A stretch of 20,000 nucleotides of DNA from Chiloscyllium plagiosum (lineage: Eukaryota): assembly GCF_004010195.1 (NCBI RefSeq), contig NC_057719.1:808039-828038 (forward strand), read 5' to 3'. Positions 1 through 10,339 of the stretch are shown piece after piece. How positions within the stretch are numbered: the stretch's first letter is position 1; each line of letters begins with the position of its first letter. Under the pieces are notes generated by a model. That model had not been told where the DNA came from and did no database searches. It saw only the letters and a list, made by a program, of their open reading frames with translations. Position numbers and translations under genes: made by a program.

Positions 1-194
1 GAGTGAATCTGTGGAACTCTCTACCAGATAGGGATGTCAAGGCTGGGTCATACAGTATATTCAAGGCTGAGAGAGACAGGTTTTAATCGGGAAGGGGGTT
101 AAGGGGAAAAGGTAGGAGAGTGGAGTTGAGGATGATCAGATCAGCCACGATCCTATTGAATATTACCTGACTGCTCCGATGTCACCTGGTCTTA
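1..194 (+). mobile_element. CR1-clade LINE 3' end fragment
   Basis: Opens with gtgaatctgtggaactctctacca (VNLWNSLP, typical CR1 ORF2 C-terminus), followed by a CR1-type 3' UTR (gatcagccacgatcctattgaat). Confidence 0.8.
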
Positions 195-384
195 CTGGCT
201 TCAGTATTTGAATGGAGTGGGCGTTTGAAATGTGACAGGACTCCAAACGTGTGACCTAAGCACGTTTGATCTCCGTGTTTGACTGATCGCCTGCTGGAGA
301 TGAGGCTGATTGATCAGGTATCACTGGGGAAGCAAGTGCAGGCACTTACAGAACCTATAAACTGCTCAGCAAAGCATGTACAGT

Positions 385-1222
385 CAGAGAGACGTACAGC
401 ACGGAAACAGACCCTTCGGCCCAACAAGTCCGTGCCGACCATAATCCCAAACTAAACGAGTCCCACCTGCCTGCTCCTGGCCCATATCCATCCAAACCTT
501 TCCTATTCATGTATCCATCCAAATGTCTTTTAAACATTGTAATTGTACCCACATCCACCACTTCCTCAGCAAGTTCATTCCAAACACGAACCACCCTCTG
601 TGTAAACAATTTGCCCCTCATCTCTTTTTTAAATCTCCCTCCTCTCACCTTAAAAATGTGCCCCCTCATCTTGGAGTCCTCCATCGTGGGGAAAAGACAG
701 CTACCATTAATTAGATTCCCTACAGTGTGGAAACAGGCCCTTCAGCCCAACCAGTCCACACCAACTCTCCAAAGAGTAACCCACCCAGATGCATTTTCCT
801 ACCCTATATTTCCCCCTGACTAATGCACTTAACACTATGGGCAATTTAGCATGGCCAGATCACCTGATGTGCACATCTTTTGGATTGTGGGAGGAAACAC
901 ATGCAAACACTGGGAGAACATACAAACTCCACACAGAGGCTGGAGTCAAACCCGGGTCCCTGGCGCTGTGAGGCGGCAGTGCTAACCACTGAGCCACCGT
1001 GCCAACCTATTAGCTCTGTCTATATCTCTCATTATTTTATAAACTTCTATCAGGTCACCTCTCAACCTCTACGCTCCAGTGAAAACAGTGCCAGCCTATC
1101 CAGCCTTTCCTTATAACTCAAACCCTTCATACCCGGCAACATCCTGGTAAATCTCTTCTGACGCCTCTCCAAGCTAATAACATCCTTCCTGTTACTGGGC
1201 AACCAGAACTGGGCACAGTATT
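385..1222 (-). mobile_element. CR1/HER1-type LINE 3' fragment, split by a SINE at 710-1003
   Basis: ORF track peptides YCAQFWLP...QKRFTRMLPGMKGLSYKERLDRLALFSLERR (1062-1222) and RGHIFKV...FTQRVVRVWNELAEEVV...FKRHLDGYM (385-684) are consecutive parts of the CR1 ORF2 C-terminus. Confidence 0.92.
710..1003 (-). mobile_element. HE1-like tRNA-derived SINE
   Basis: Minus strand starts ggcacggtggctcagtggttagcactgccgcctcacagcgccagggacccgggtttgac (A and B boxes) and ends with a CR1-like tail (gggctgaagggcctgtttccacactgtagggaatctaa). TSD-like accatta (703-709) / acctatta (1005-1012). Confidence 0.92.
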
Positions 1223-1359
1223 TGTTGCTGAAACTCACTACCGTGATATTTGTACATCTTTTTAAAAAGAAAATTGTGAGGCAGTTTTGTGGTAAAGTAA
1301 GGTAAAGCAATTGGCCCATTAGCAATCCATATTTATACGGAGTTTTCCTGTTAATTCAG

Positions 1360-1394
1360 TTTGGATTCTGTCGACAGGGAGTGCATGTTAACAG
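1360..1394 (+). CDS. Candidate penultimate coding exon (xLDSVDRECMLTG) of an unidentified gene
   Basis: Acceptor ttttcctgttaattcag, donor ACAG|gtactg, non-repetitive DNA, phase 1 end compatible with the exon at 1636. Confidence 0.45.
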
Positions 1395-1635
1395 GTACTG
1401 CTATGGGAGTGACCCAGTAATGACTTGGTATCATATCTACCTCTGTAAACAGCCAAAGTGAATGCTGAACTCTAGGCATGATATCCCCAGGATCATTGTT
1501 TATCTTCACTCTTCTCACCTTTTTAATTAAGTTGAACACACTGTTTGTTTTCCAATTTAGTTGTTGTACCTGATGCCAACTTGCAGAATTTCACATTTCA
1601 CAGCCTTGCTAATTTGCCTGCATTTCGTCTTCCAG

Positions 1636-1667
1636 GGTGGATAACTGCAGAGCCAGGTTCTATCTAA
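1636..1667 (+). CDS. Candidate terminal coding exon (GWITAEPGSI*) of an unidentified gene
   Basis: Strong acceptor catttcgtcttccag with branch-like ctaat at 1609-1613. Joins in frame to 1360-1394. TAA at 1665-1667. Confidence 0.5.
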
Positions 1668-2290
1668 CACGCACTGACCCATTCATACAACCCATCAGTA
1701 ACCCTCTCACATTGCCTCCTTTCTTACTTTCCCTTCTGTGGATCATCGGGATGTGTGGGAATGTGTCACTCAGTCTCCTCATTCATTCATTAACGTCAGA
1801 ATGTAAATAGCTGAGCCTTCAGTGCTGACCGTTGCTGCATTCCACTGGTCACAGCCTGCCAATTTGAAAATGAGTCGTTCCCTCCTCCTCAGTTTTCTGT
1901 CGACTGGCCAATCCTACATTCCTGATACATTATCACCCTCAATCCCACAAACCCTAACTTGTAATTATTCCCACTTGGCCAGCGTCCCCCTGTGCATCTC
2001 ACTGCCTATTTCTGAATCCTTTCATCCCTTCAGACCTCACTGACGCTGACCCCTTATGTATCTCCACCTTTGATATCAACTACTTGGGCAATATGATGTT
2101 GATCAGAAAAGATTTACAAGGACGTTGCCAGGGTTGGAGGGTTTGAGCTACAGGGAGAGGCTGAATGGGTTGGGGTTGTTTTCCCTGGAGTGTCAGAGGC
2201 TGAGGTGAGACCTTGTAGAGGTTTATAAAGTCATGAGGGGCATGGATAGGGTAAATAGTAAAAGTCTAGAACTAGAGGGCATAGGTTTAA

Positions 2291-2491
2291 ATCAACTAGG
2301 CAAAAGTGAGGACTGCAGATGCTGGGGATCAGAGTCTAGATTAGAGTGGTGCTGGAAAAGCACAGCAGGTCAGGCAGCATCTGAGGGGCAGGAAAGGATT
2401 TCTGATGAAGGGCTTTTGCCCGAAACGTTGATTTTCCTGCTCCTTAATGCTGCCTGATCTGTCGTGCTTTTCCAGCACCACTCTGATCTAA
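2291..2491. mobile_element. Penelope-like element terminal fragment in inverted (palindromic) arrangement
   Basis: Arms 2337-2395 and 2433-2490 are reverse complements. Flanked by a 12-bp TSD with 1 mismatch, gcataggtttaa (2279-2290) / gcataagtttaa (2492-2503). Same family as 6649, 11779 and 12418. Confidence 0.8.
2396..2436 (+). ncRNA. Minimal type I hammerhead ribozyme motif (PLE-associated), canonical core
   Basis: CTGATGA (2402-2408), a, stem II gggc-tttt-gccc, GAAA (2422-2425), CGTT with putative GUU cleavage triplet. Confidence 0.78.
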
Positions 2492-2884
2492 GCATAAGTT
2501 TAAGGTGAGAGGGGAAAGATTTAAAAAGGGAACATAGGGGCAACGTTTTCACGCAGAGGGTGGTACGTGTATGGAATGAGCTGCCAGAGGAAGTGGTGGA
2601 GGCTGGTGCAATTGCAACATTTAAGAGGCATTTAGATGGGTATATGAATAGGAAGGGTTTGGAGGGATATGGGCTGGGTGCTGGCAGGTGGGACTAGATT
2701 GGGTTAGTCTCAGAATAACATGGTCAGGCTGCTGAGTTGGACTGAAGGGGCTGTTTTTGTGTGAGGCTAGTCTGGGTTAGGCTGTTTGACCACCCTTACA
2801 CCAGTGTTCAGTATGATTATGTCTGATCTCGTGGTGGCCCCCGTCCATTTGTACGTCAACCCTGCTGCCTTCAGAAACTTCATT

Positions 2885-3240
2885 GACAAGGAGTGGAATA
2901 GATAGAGTCAATAGCCAGAGACTTTTCCCCAGGGCAGGATTGACTGGTACAAGAAGTCATAGTTGGAAGTTTATTAGGAGGAAGGTATAAAGGAGACGTC
3001 AGAGGTAGGTTCTTTACACAGAGAGTTGTGAATGCATGGAATGCGTTACCAGCGGTGGTGGTGGAAGTGAAGTCATTGGGGTCATTTAAGTGACTGCTAG
3101 ACATGCACATGGACAGCAGTGAGTTGAGGGGTGTGTGGGTTAAGTTACTATATTTTACATTAGGATTAAAGCTTGGCACAACATCGTGGGCCGAAGGGCC
3201 TGTTCTGTGCTGGACATTTCTATGTTCTTCTATGTTCTAA
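2885..3240 (+). mobile_element. CR1 LINE 3' end with tandem tail
   Basis: Encodes DVRGRFFTQRVVNAWNALPAVVVE; 3' UTR gggccgaagggcctgttctgtgctg; (ttctatg)n tail at 3218-3239. Confidence 0.9.
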
Positions 3241-3699
3241 GGAATTCAATCACACCCAGACTGTAAGATATTCAGTGACTCTACCTCCACTGACAGATTG
3301 GCTTCTCCTTGTCTCTGTAACAGTTGACCCACAACTTGTTCAAAAAATACAAGGGAGAGTGTCTGAGCAGCGAGTGACAGAAGGAGGAGGAGCAGAGATT
3401 TAGTAGGAGAATTTCAGAGCTTAAGGGAGATTTAATTCAGTAATCGCCCCCACCTCCCCGTGAAATGCCTTGGGATGATCTCCTCTCTTGGAGGTGTGAT
3501 GTAAATATGAGTTGTTGTTGTAACTGGTGCCGCCTGGAACTCTGACAGGGGTGGGGATTTGGTGGAGACTCTCAAGTGAGAACCATGGACCTGATCACCG
3601 GCTGTTAGCTGCTGGTCACAGCGCAACTGGACAGTTCCTAGCAGAACGTCATCGCTCCTCACCATCTCGACCTCCCAGATCCAAGGGCCATTAGCTTCC

Positions 3700-3945
3700 A
3701 CGCTGCCCCCTCACTTGCCCCCAGCTCCTAGGCCCACCAGCCACCTTGCTTGCTGACCTCCCTAATCCCCTCACCCCTGTCCCTGTGCCATCTGGACTCT
3801 TTATCCCTTACCCCACATTCACTGCCCTCCCAGCTCCACCCCCATCCCCATCTCCTTAGACCATCTTATCTCCCACCCCTTTGTTCCTGCCGCCCACTCC
3901 TCCCTCCTAACCTACATTGCCTTCATCTTACTCTCATCCGTGGGC
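3700..3945. repeat. C/pyrimidine-rich low-complexity region
   Basis: Dense C runs on the + strand, no clear period. Confidence 0.5.
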
Positions 3946-3946
3946 C

Positions 3947-6642
3947 TATCCAAGAGTCACTTAAATGTCCGTGATGTCTCTGACTCTACTCCCACCGTTG
4001 GCAATGCATTACACACACCCACCACTCTCTGAGTAAAGAACCGACCTCTGACATCTCCCATAAACCTTCCACCAATCACCTTAAAATTATACTCCCTTGT
4101 GACAGCCATTTCTGCCCTGGGAAAAAGTCTCTGGCTATCCACTCTATCTCTGCCTCCCAACATCTTGTACACCTCGATCAAGTCACCTCTCATCCTCCTC
4201 CACTCCAATGAGAAAAGCCCTAGCTCTCTCAACCTTTCTTCATAAGACACACCCTCCAGTCCAGGCAGCTTCCTTGGAAAGCTCCTCCGCACCCTGTCCA
4301 AAGCTTCCACATCCTTCCTATAATGAGGTGAACAGAACTGAACACAATATTCCAAGTGTGGTCTAACCAGGGCTCTATAGAGCTGCAGCATAACCTCGCG
4401 GCTCTTAAACTCAATTCCCCTGTTAATGAAAGCCAACACACCGTACACCTTCTTAACAACCCTATCAGCCTGGGTGCCAACTTTGAGGGATCTATGCAAG
4501 ATCTCTCTATTCCTCCACACCGCCAAGAATCCTGCCTTTAACCCTGGGTAATCTGCATTCAAATTTGACCTTCCAAAGTGAATGGCATCACACTTTTCCA
4601 GGTTGAATTCCATCTGCCACTTATCAGCCCAGCTCTGCATCCTGTCAATGTCCCATTACAACCTACAACAGCCCTCCCACACTATCCACCACTCCGCCAA
4701 CCTTCGTGTCATCGGCAGACTTACTAACCCACCCTTCCACTTCTTCATCCCAGTCATTTATAAAAATCACAAAGAGCAGAAGTCCCAGAACAGATCCGTG
4801 CAGAACACCGAGCTCCAGGCTGAATACTTTCCTCGCTTTTCAAAGTTTTCAGCACATCCTCCTTCCTAACATCAACCTGTTTGAGCATATCAGCCTGTTT
4901 CACGCTGTCCTCAAACAACAAGGCCCCTCTCAGAAGTGAATACTGAAGCAAAGTATTCATTAAGGATCTCCCCTACCTTCTCCAACTCCAGGCACAAGTT
5001 CCCTCCACTACCCCTGATAGGCCCAACCCTCACTCTGGCCAACCTCTTGTTCCTCATAAGTGTTGAATGCCTTAGGGTTTTCCTTGATCCTACCTGCTAA
5101 AGCTTTTTCATGCCCCCTTCTCACTCTCCTAAGTCCATTCTTCAGTTCCTTCCTGGCTACCTTGTAACCCACTAGAACCCTGTCTGATCTTTGCCTCCTC
5201 AACCTAAGTAAGCTTCCTTCTTCCTCTTGACTAGATGTTTCAGATCCCTTGTCCCCCAAAGTTCCATCACCCTACCATCCCTTCCTTGCCTCAGTGGGAC
5301 AAACCTGCCCAGCACTATCAGCAAGTGCTCCCTAAACAACCTCCACATTTCTCTCATGCATTTCCCTGAGAAAATCTGCTCCCAATCTAGGCTCCCCAGG
5401 TCCTGCCTGATAGCATTGTAATTCCCCCTCTCCCAATTAAATGCTTTCCCATACCGTCTGCTCCTATCACGCTCCATGACTACAATAAAGGTCACTATCA
5501 TCAAAATGCTCTTTCCTGAGAGATCTGACACCTGACCTGGCTCGTTGCCAAGCACCAAATCCAATATGGCCTCCCTCCAGTCAGCCTATCTACATATTGC
5601 GTCAGAAACACTTTCTGGACACACTTGACACAAACTGCTACATCCAAACTATTTGAATTAAGGAGGTTCTGATCAATATTAGGGAAATTGAAGTCACCCA
5701 TGACAACAACCCTGTTACTTCTGCACCTTTCCAAAATCTGCTCCTCCCTGTCTCTGTTTCTATTGGGGGACATGTAGAAAGCTTCCAATAAAGTGACTGC
5801 TCCTTTCCTGTTTTCTGACTTCCACCCATACTGACTCTGTAGACAAATCCTCCTCGATGACCTCCCTTTCTGCAGCTCTGATACTATCCTTGATTAGCAA
5901 TGCCACTGCCCCATTTCTTTTCCTTGCCCCCGCCCAATCCCATTCCTTTTGAAACATCTGAACCCTGGAACATCCAACAGCCATTCCTGTCCCTGTGATA
6001 TACAAGTCTCTGTAATGGCCACAGCATCGTGGTTCCAAGGACTGGTCCATGCTCTGAGTTCGTCACCCTTATTCCTGATACTCCTTGCGTTAAAATAGAC
6101 ACACTTCAACCTATCACTCTGACTGCACATTTGCCCTATCAAGTACCTATCCCTCGTCACAGACTCTCTGCACACTGTCTCAGTCTGTTCACTACCTACT
6201 CCATCCTCTGATCCATAGCTCCAGTCCCCACCCCCTGCCAAACTCGCTTAAACCCTCCCAAAGAGCTCTTGTAAACCTCCCGCCCAGGACATTGGTGCCT
6301 CTCCAGTTCAGGTACAACCCGTCCTTCTTGTACAGGTCCCACTTACCCAGAAGGTATCCCAATGATCCACATATCTGAAGCCCTCCCTCCTACACCAGCT
6401 TTACAGTCACATGTTCATCTGCACTCACTCTCCATTCCTAGCCTCATGAGCACGTGGCACCAGTAGCAATCCGGAGATTACTACCTTGCTCATCCTGCCT
6501 ACTAGCTTCCAACCCAACTCCCTATATTCTCTTTTCAGGTCTTCATCCCTTTTCCTAGCTGTGCCATTGGTACCAACGTCTGGCTGCTCTCCCTCCCCCT
6601 TAAGAATCCTGTAGGCTCGATCAGAGACATCCCTGATCCTGG
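3947..6642 (-). mobile_element. Long decayed CR1-clade LINE (ORF1 esterase, ORF2 APE and RT), internally deleted, 3' UTR missing
   Basis: ORF1: GEGEQPDVGTNG...VVISGLL..., [60 protein letters not shown]...FIND...[41 protein letters not shown]. Multiple frameshifts. Confidence 0.95.
6250..6640 (-). pseudogene. CR1 ORF1 remnant, SGNH esterase-like domain
   Basis: GTN block (VGTNG) and a DGxHLN-like block (DGLYLN) upstream of the APE domain; frameshifted. Confidence 0.75.
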
Positions 6643-6648
6643 TAATCA

Positions 6649-6983
6649 GGAGAAAGTGAGGACTGCAGATGCGGGAGATCAGAGCTGAAAAATGTGTTGC
6701 TGGAAAAGCGCAGCATGTCAGACAGCATCCAAGGAGGAGAATCGACGTTTCATGCATAAGCCCTTCTTCAGGAATGAGGAAGGTGTGCCAAGCAGGCTAA
6801 GATAAAAGGTAGGGAGGAGGGACTTGGGGGAGGGGCAGTGGGAATGCGATAGGTGGAAGGAGGTTAAGGGGAGAGTGATAGGCCAGAGAGGGGGTAGGGC
6901 GGAGAGGTTGGGATGAACATTGCAGATCAAGAAGGCGGTGCTGAGTCTGAGGGACTGAGATAAGGGTGGAGGGGGGGGGGGGG
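6649..6983 (-). mobile_element. Penelope-like element 3' / pseudo-LTR fragment
   Basis: Shares gtgaggactgcagatg...gctggaaaagc with 2306-2361, has a G-rich body and a hammerhead core. TSD-like tccctgatcct (6630-6640) / tccctgacccct (~6985-6996). Confidence 0.8.
6737..6776 (-). ncRNA. Minimal hammerhead ribozyme motif, stem II damaged
   Basis: Minus strand cattc-CTGAAGA-agggc-ttat-gcat-GAAA-CGTC-gattc. Core and GUC site present; stem II 3' arm reads gcat instead of gccc. Confidence 0.65.
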
Positions 6984-6992
6984 GTCCCTGAC

Positions 6993-7050
6993 CCCTGACC
7001 CCTACACTCTGCCCCTCACTTCCTGACCCCCTACACTCTGCCCCTCACTC
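6993..7050. repeat. Two-copy ~29 bp tandem duplication
   Basis: cctgacccc(c)tacactctgcccctcact occurs twice, right after the PLE junction. Confidence 0.8.
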
Positions 7051-7109
7051 CCCTGCTTATTGCCCCTGTCCAAGCTGAGACCTGATTCCTCAGTGCCCTC
7101 CCCAGGATC

Positions 7110-7462
7110 TGATTTGCCCCTTTCTCTTTAATGGGTATTCACCATCTGCCCTTCCTTCCCACGTGCCATGTTGTTGACACTCTGCCAAGACCAGTGTGAA
7201 CCTTTGAAGGTCACTCCACCATCATTCGGTGAGCTCAATAAATCAGGCAATTAGCTAATGGACAGTAACTTGGAGAGAGACTGATGTGTGATCTGGCCGG
7301 GATTAGGAATCCACTCTGAATGAAGCTAACGTTGACCTGCAGCACAAGGTTGAGTCTGGAGAGATGGTTTTGGTAGCGACAGATTCGGTTTTTAACTTTG
7401 TGCAGACGATGTTCCCGAGTGTAGGGAGGGGCTTGAGAAAACACATCGTTCACTGAGCCTTC
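7110..7462 (-). other. Candidate terminal exon of a minus-strand gene
   Basis: Strong acceptor ccttctttctcctcgtcctttag|GAAGG at 7462. Unique sequence. ATTAAA at 7127-7132 (minus). Phase 0 reads EGSVNDVFSQAPPYTREHRLHKVKNRICRYQNHLSRLNL...; phase 2 reads QKAQ*. Confidence 0.4.
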
Positions 7463-7487
7463 CTAAAGGACGAGGAGAAAGAAGGTG

Positions 7488-7628
7488 CATTTTGATGGCA
7501 CCTTTCACCACCTTGGGACGATCCATAATGCCTCGCAACCAATGAGGTACTTTAAGGGGTTTTCATTGTTGCAATGCAGGAAACTTTGCTGATAGTTTGT
7601 GCACAGGAAGCTCCCATGACCAGCAAGA
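7488..7628 (-). mobile_element. Old SINE 3' relic (Deu-SINE-like with L2-type tail)
   Basis: Recognisable degenerate motifs gcacctttcacc...ccaatgaggtacttt...ttgcaatgcaggaaac...tttgtgcacaggaagctccca. Family assignment from recall only. Confidence 0.5.
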
Positions 7629-7639
7629 CTACAATAACA

Positions 7640-7928
7640 ATAAGAGATAAACCATTCAGGCCTGAGATCAGGAAGAATTTCCTCACTGAGAGTTGTGAGC
7701 CTGTGGAACTCTCTCCCACAGGAAGCTGTTGGGGCCAGTTCGTTAGATATATCCAAGAGGGAGCTGGACATGGCCCTTGGGGCTAAAGGGATCCAGGGGG
7801 ATGGGGAGAAAGTGGGAATGGGATACTGAGATTGCATGATCAGCCAGGATCATATTGAATAGTGATGCAGGCCAGAAGGGCCGAATGGCCTACTCCTGCT
7901 CCTGTTTACTATGTCTCTATGTTTCTAA
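7640..7928 (+). mobile_element. CR1 LINE 3' end
   Basis: IRDKPFRPEIRKNFLT / RVVSLWNSLPQEAV; 3' UTR gatcagccaggatcatattgaat...gggccgaatggcctactcctgct; tail ctatgtctctatgtttcta. Confidence 0.9.
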
Positions 7929-7999
7929 GAGATAGAGAACAAGGGAATGTGATGGTTGAAGGAGAAATATTGACCAATGACAATGGAAGGCAGTTAAAA

Positions 8000-8132
8000 A
8001 AATTAAGGGATACAGGGATATGTGGGTAAGTGGAGTTGAAATGCCCATCAGCCATGATTGAAAGGCAGAGTGGACTCGATGGGCCAAATGGCCTTACTTC
8101 CGCTCCTATTTCTTATGGTCCTCTTTGGTCTT
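8000..8132 (+). mobile_element. CR1 3' UTR fragment
   Basis: atcagccatgattgaa...gatgggccaaatggccttacttccgctcctatttcttatggtc. Confidence 0.8.
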
Positions 8133-8134
8133 AA

Positions 8135-8655
8135 CATCAGTACAGGATGCGGCCTTTCAGCCCGTCGAGCCTGTTCCACCATTCAATGAGATCATGGCTG
8201 ATCTGTGGCCTAACTCCACGCACCTGCCTTTGGCCCATATCCCTTAATACCTTTGCTGAACAAAATGTCACCTGTCTTGGATTTAAAATGAACAATTATT
8301 CCAGCATCCACTGCCATTATGGAAGAGAGTTCCAAACCTCTCCCAATCCCTTTGTGTGTGGAAATGCTTCCTGTCATCTCTCCCGAACAGTCTGACCCCC
8401 TTTGGTCCTAGAATTTCCAACCAGTAGAAATACTTTCTCTTTATCTACCCTGTCTTTCTCTGTTAATATCCTAATTGATGTTAACAGATATCAGATCACT
8501 CCTTAACCTTCGAAGTCCTTGAGACAAAAGCAACCTCATTTGTACAATCTCTCCTCAGAACCCCTGGAAACTGACATTGTTCTCCTTCCAATTCACCGCT
8601 CCTTCCAAAAGTGTGGTGCCCAGATCTGCTCACAGTCTCCAAGCGATGCTCTAAA
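8135..8655 (-). mobile_element. CR1 LINE 3' fragment, tail-to-tail with the previous fragment
   Basis: Reverse complement of the CR1 3' UTR (cattcaatgagatcatggctgatctg) and decayed ORF2 C-terminus (gagagttccaaacctct; tccaaaagtgtggtgcccaga). Confidence 0.82.
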
Positions 8656-8804
8656 TGGGAATATAGGGGATCTAGAATTCTGCTCAGAATCAACTTTTAA
8701 CCTGTCACTTGCACTATTCGGTCAGAAGAGATGATGCATTCAATGGGTCTGGGGATTTAAGCAGCATCAATGAATAATGCAGCATGTCCTTATGGGGAAG
8801 TGGG

Positions 8805-9010
8805 GGGGTGCTCAGCAAGCTCAGTTGGGTGGACGGCTGGTAGGCGATGCAGAGTGGCACCCACATTGTGGGTTCGATTCCTGCACCAGGTGAGGATCCT
8901 GTGGCAGTCCCACTGCCTTAACTGCTCCCCTCACCCGACTCTCGGGTTAAACGCACCATCAACCATGTGTCTCGCTCTAACGAGATGCCCCTCTATGGTG
9001 TCTTTACCTG
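8805..9010 (+). mobile_element. Old tRNA-derived SINE
   Basis: A-box-like agctcagttgg (8817-8827) and B box ggttcgattcc (8871-8881), followed by a ~130 nt body. Confidence 0.6.
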
Positions 9011-9019
9011 AAGCTAACT

Positions 9020-9340
9020 TGGTAAAACATCCCCAAAATTGTCAGAAAAAAAATTGTCCGACTCTGCAGGAGGTGGGACATTTGGGAATGTGATCGAAAA
9101 CATGGAAGAAAGATTAAGGACAATTCCGAGACTGTGGGGGAGGGAATCCAGAGATTTAGCATCTGACACATTGATAGGCAGAGCTTCCAATGATGGAGAG
9201 ATTAATGTCAGGGCGCCTTGAGGCCAAACTGGATTGGTGCAGGGATGGCAGTGAGTGGTGGGACTGGAGGAGGTTATGGAGATAGTGAGAGGTGAGGCCG
9301 TGGAGAGATGATAACAAATTTTCAAACTGAGGTGTTGCCA
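9020..9340 (-). mobile_element. Old L2-like LINE 3' fragment
   Basis: Decayed minus-strand peptide FENLLSSLHGLTSHYLHNLLQ resembles the L2 ORF2 C-terminal FKIL...LHGLAPxYL motif. Confidence 0.6.
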
Positions 9341-9629
9341 TAGAATTACTACAGTGTGGAAACAGGCCATTCGACCCAACAAGCTTACATCGACCCACCG
9401 AAGAGTAACCCAGACCCATTCCCCTTCCCTATTACTCTACATTTACCCCTGACTAATGCACCTAGCCTACTCATCCCTGAACACTGGGCAATTTAGCATG
9501 GCCCAATCCACCTAAACCTGCATATCTTTGGACTGTGGGAGGAAACCAGGGCACCCGGAGGAAACCCATGCACACACGGAGATAATGTGCTAATTCCACA
9601 CTAACAGTTGCCTGAGGCTGGAATCGAAC
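9341..9629 (-). mobile_element. HE1-like SINE, head truncated by the gap
   Basis: Same tail and core as 710-1003 and 12751-13082; breaks off in the B box (ggaatcgaac) at the N run. Confidence 0.9.
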
Positions 9630-10129
9630 NNNNNNNNNNNNNNNNNNNNNNNNNNNNNNNNNNNNNNNNNNNNNNNNNNNNNNNNNNNNNNNNNNNNNNN
9701 NNNNNNNNNNNNNNNNNNNNNNNNNNNNNNNNNNNNNNNNNNNNNNNNNNNNNNNNNNNNNNNNNNNNNNNNNNNNNNNNNNNNNNNNNNNNNNNNNNNN
9801 NNNNNNNNNNNNNNNNNNNNNNNNNNNNNNNNNNNNNNNNNNNNNNNNNNNNNNNNNNNNNNNNNNNNNNNNNNNNNNNNNNNNNNNNNNNNNNNNNNNN
9901 NNNNNNNNNNNNNNNNNNNNNNNNNNNNNNNNNNNNNNNNNNNNNNNNNNNNNNNNNNNNNNNNNNNNNNNNNNNNNNNNNNNNNNNNNNNNNNNNNNNN
10001 NNNNNNNNNNNNNNNNNNNNNNNNNNNNNNNNNNNNNNNNNNNNNNNNNNNNNNNNNNNNNNNNNNNNNNNNNNNNNNNNNNNNNNNNNNNNNNNNNNNN
10101 NNNNNNNNNNNNNNNNNNNNNNNNNNNNN
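9630..10129. other. Assembly gap of exactly 500 N
   Basis: Round-number N run, likely an arbitrary scaffolding gap; true distance and orientation uncertain. Confidence 0.98.
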
Positions 10130-10191
10130 CTCTTTATTCAAATTTCCACCACCAGGAAGAAAGGAAACACCCAAAGTGGCCAGTGACAAGC
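10130..10191 (-). mobile_element. Probable retroelement 3' UTR fragment with AATAAA
   Basis: Minus strand cttgtcactggccactttgggtgtttcc...ggtggtggaaatttgaataaaga resembles a shark LINE 3' end (recall only). Confidence 0.4.
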
Positions 10192-10339
10192 GATCAAAGG
10201 GCAATTCAAATCGCTTCTCAAATCACTTTGTCATCAATAACTGGTCACTAGTCCATAGACCAAGCAACTTCTTGTTAACTCCCAGCTGTATCTGTACACA
10301 GCCCCTCGGATCCAGTTCGTCTGCAGCCAATTCACTTAC

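Larger units (their letters stand above)
2100..2765 (+). mobile_element. CR1/HER1-type LINE 3' fragment, split by a PLE insertion at 2291-2491
   Basis: Encodes QKRFTRTLPGLEGLSYRERLNGLGLFSLE..., and after the insertion FTQRVVRVWNELPEEVVEAG...FKRHLDGYMNRKG plus 3' UTR. Confidence 0.92.

Noticed and set aside
3957..4640. Functional 227-aa reverse transcriptase gene
   Set aside because: Only the C-terminal part of a frameshifted, internally deleted CR1 ORF2; the catalytic motif lies upstream and reads SADD.
7170..7230. SECIS element on the minus strand (ATGATGG...gtgaccttcaaaggttcac)
   Set aside because: A small hairpin exists, but there is no 3' GA positioned to form the non-Watson-Crick quartet.
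9590..10204. ORFs of 192 and 204 aa
   Set aside because: Artefacts of translating the 500-N gap.
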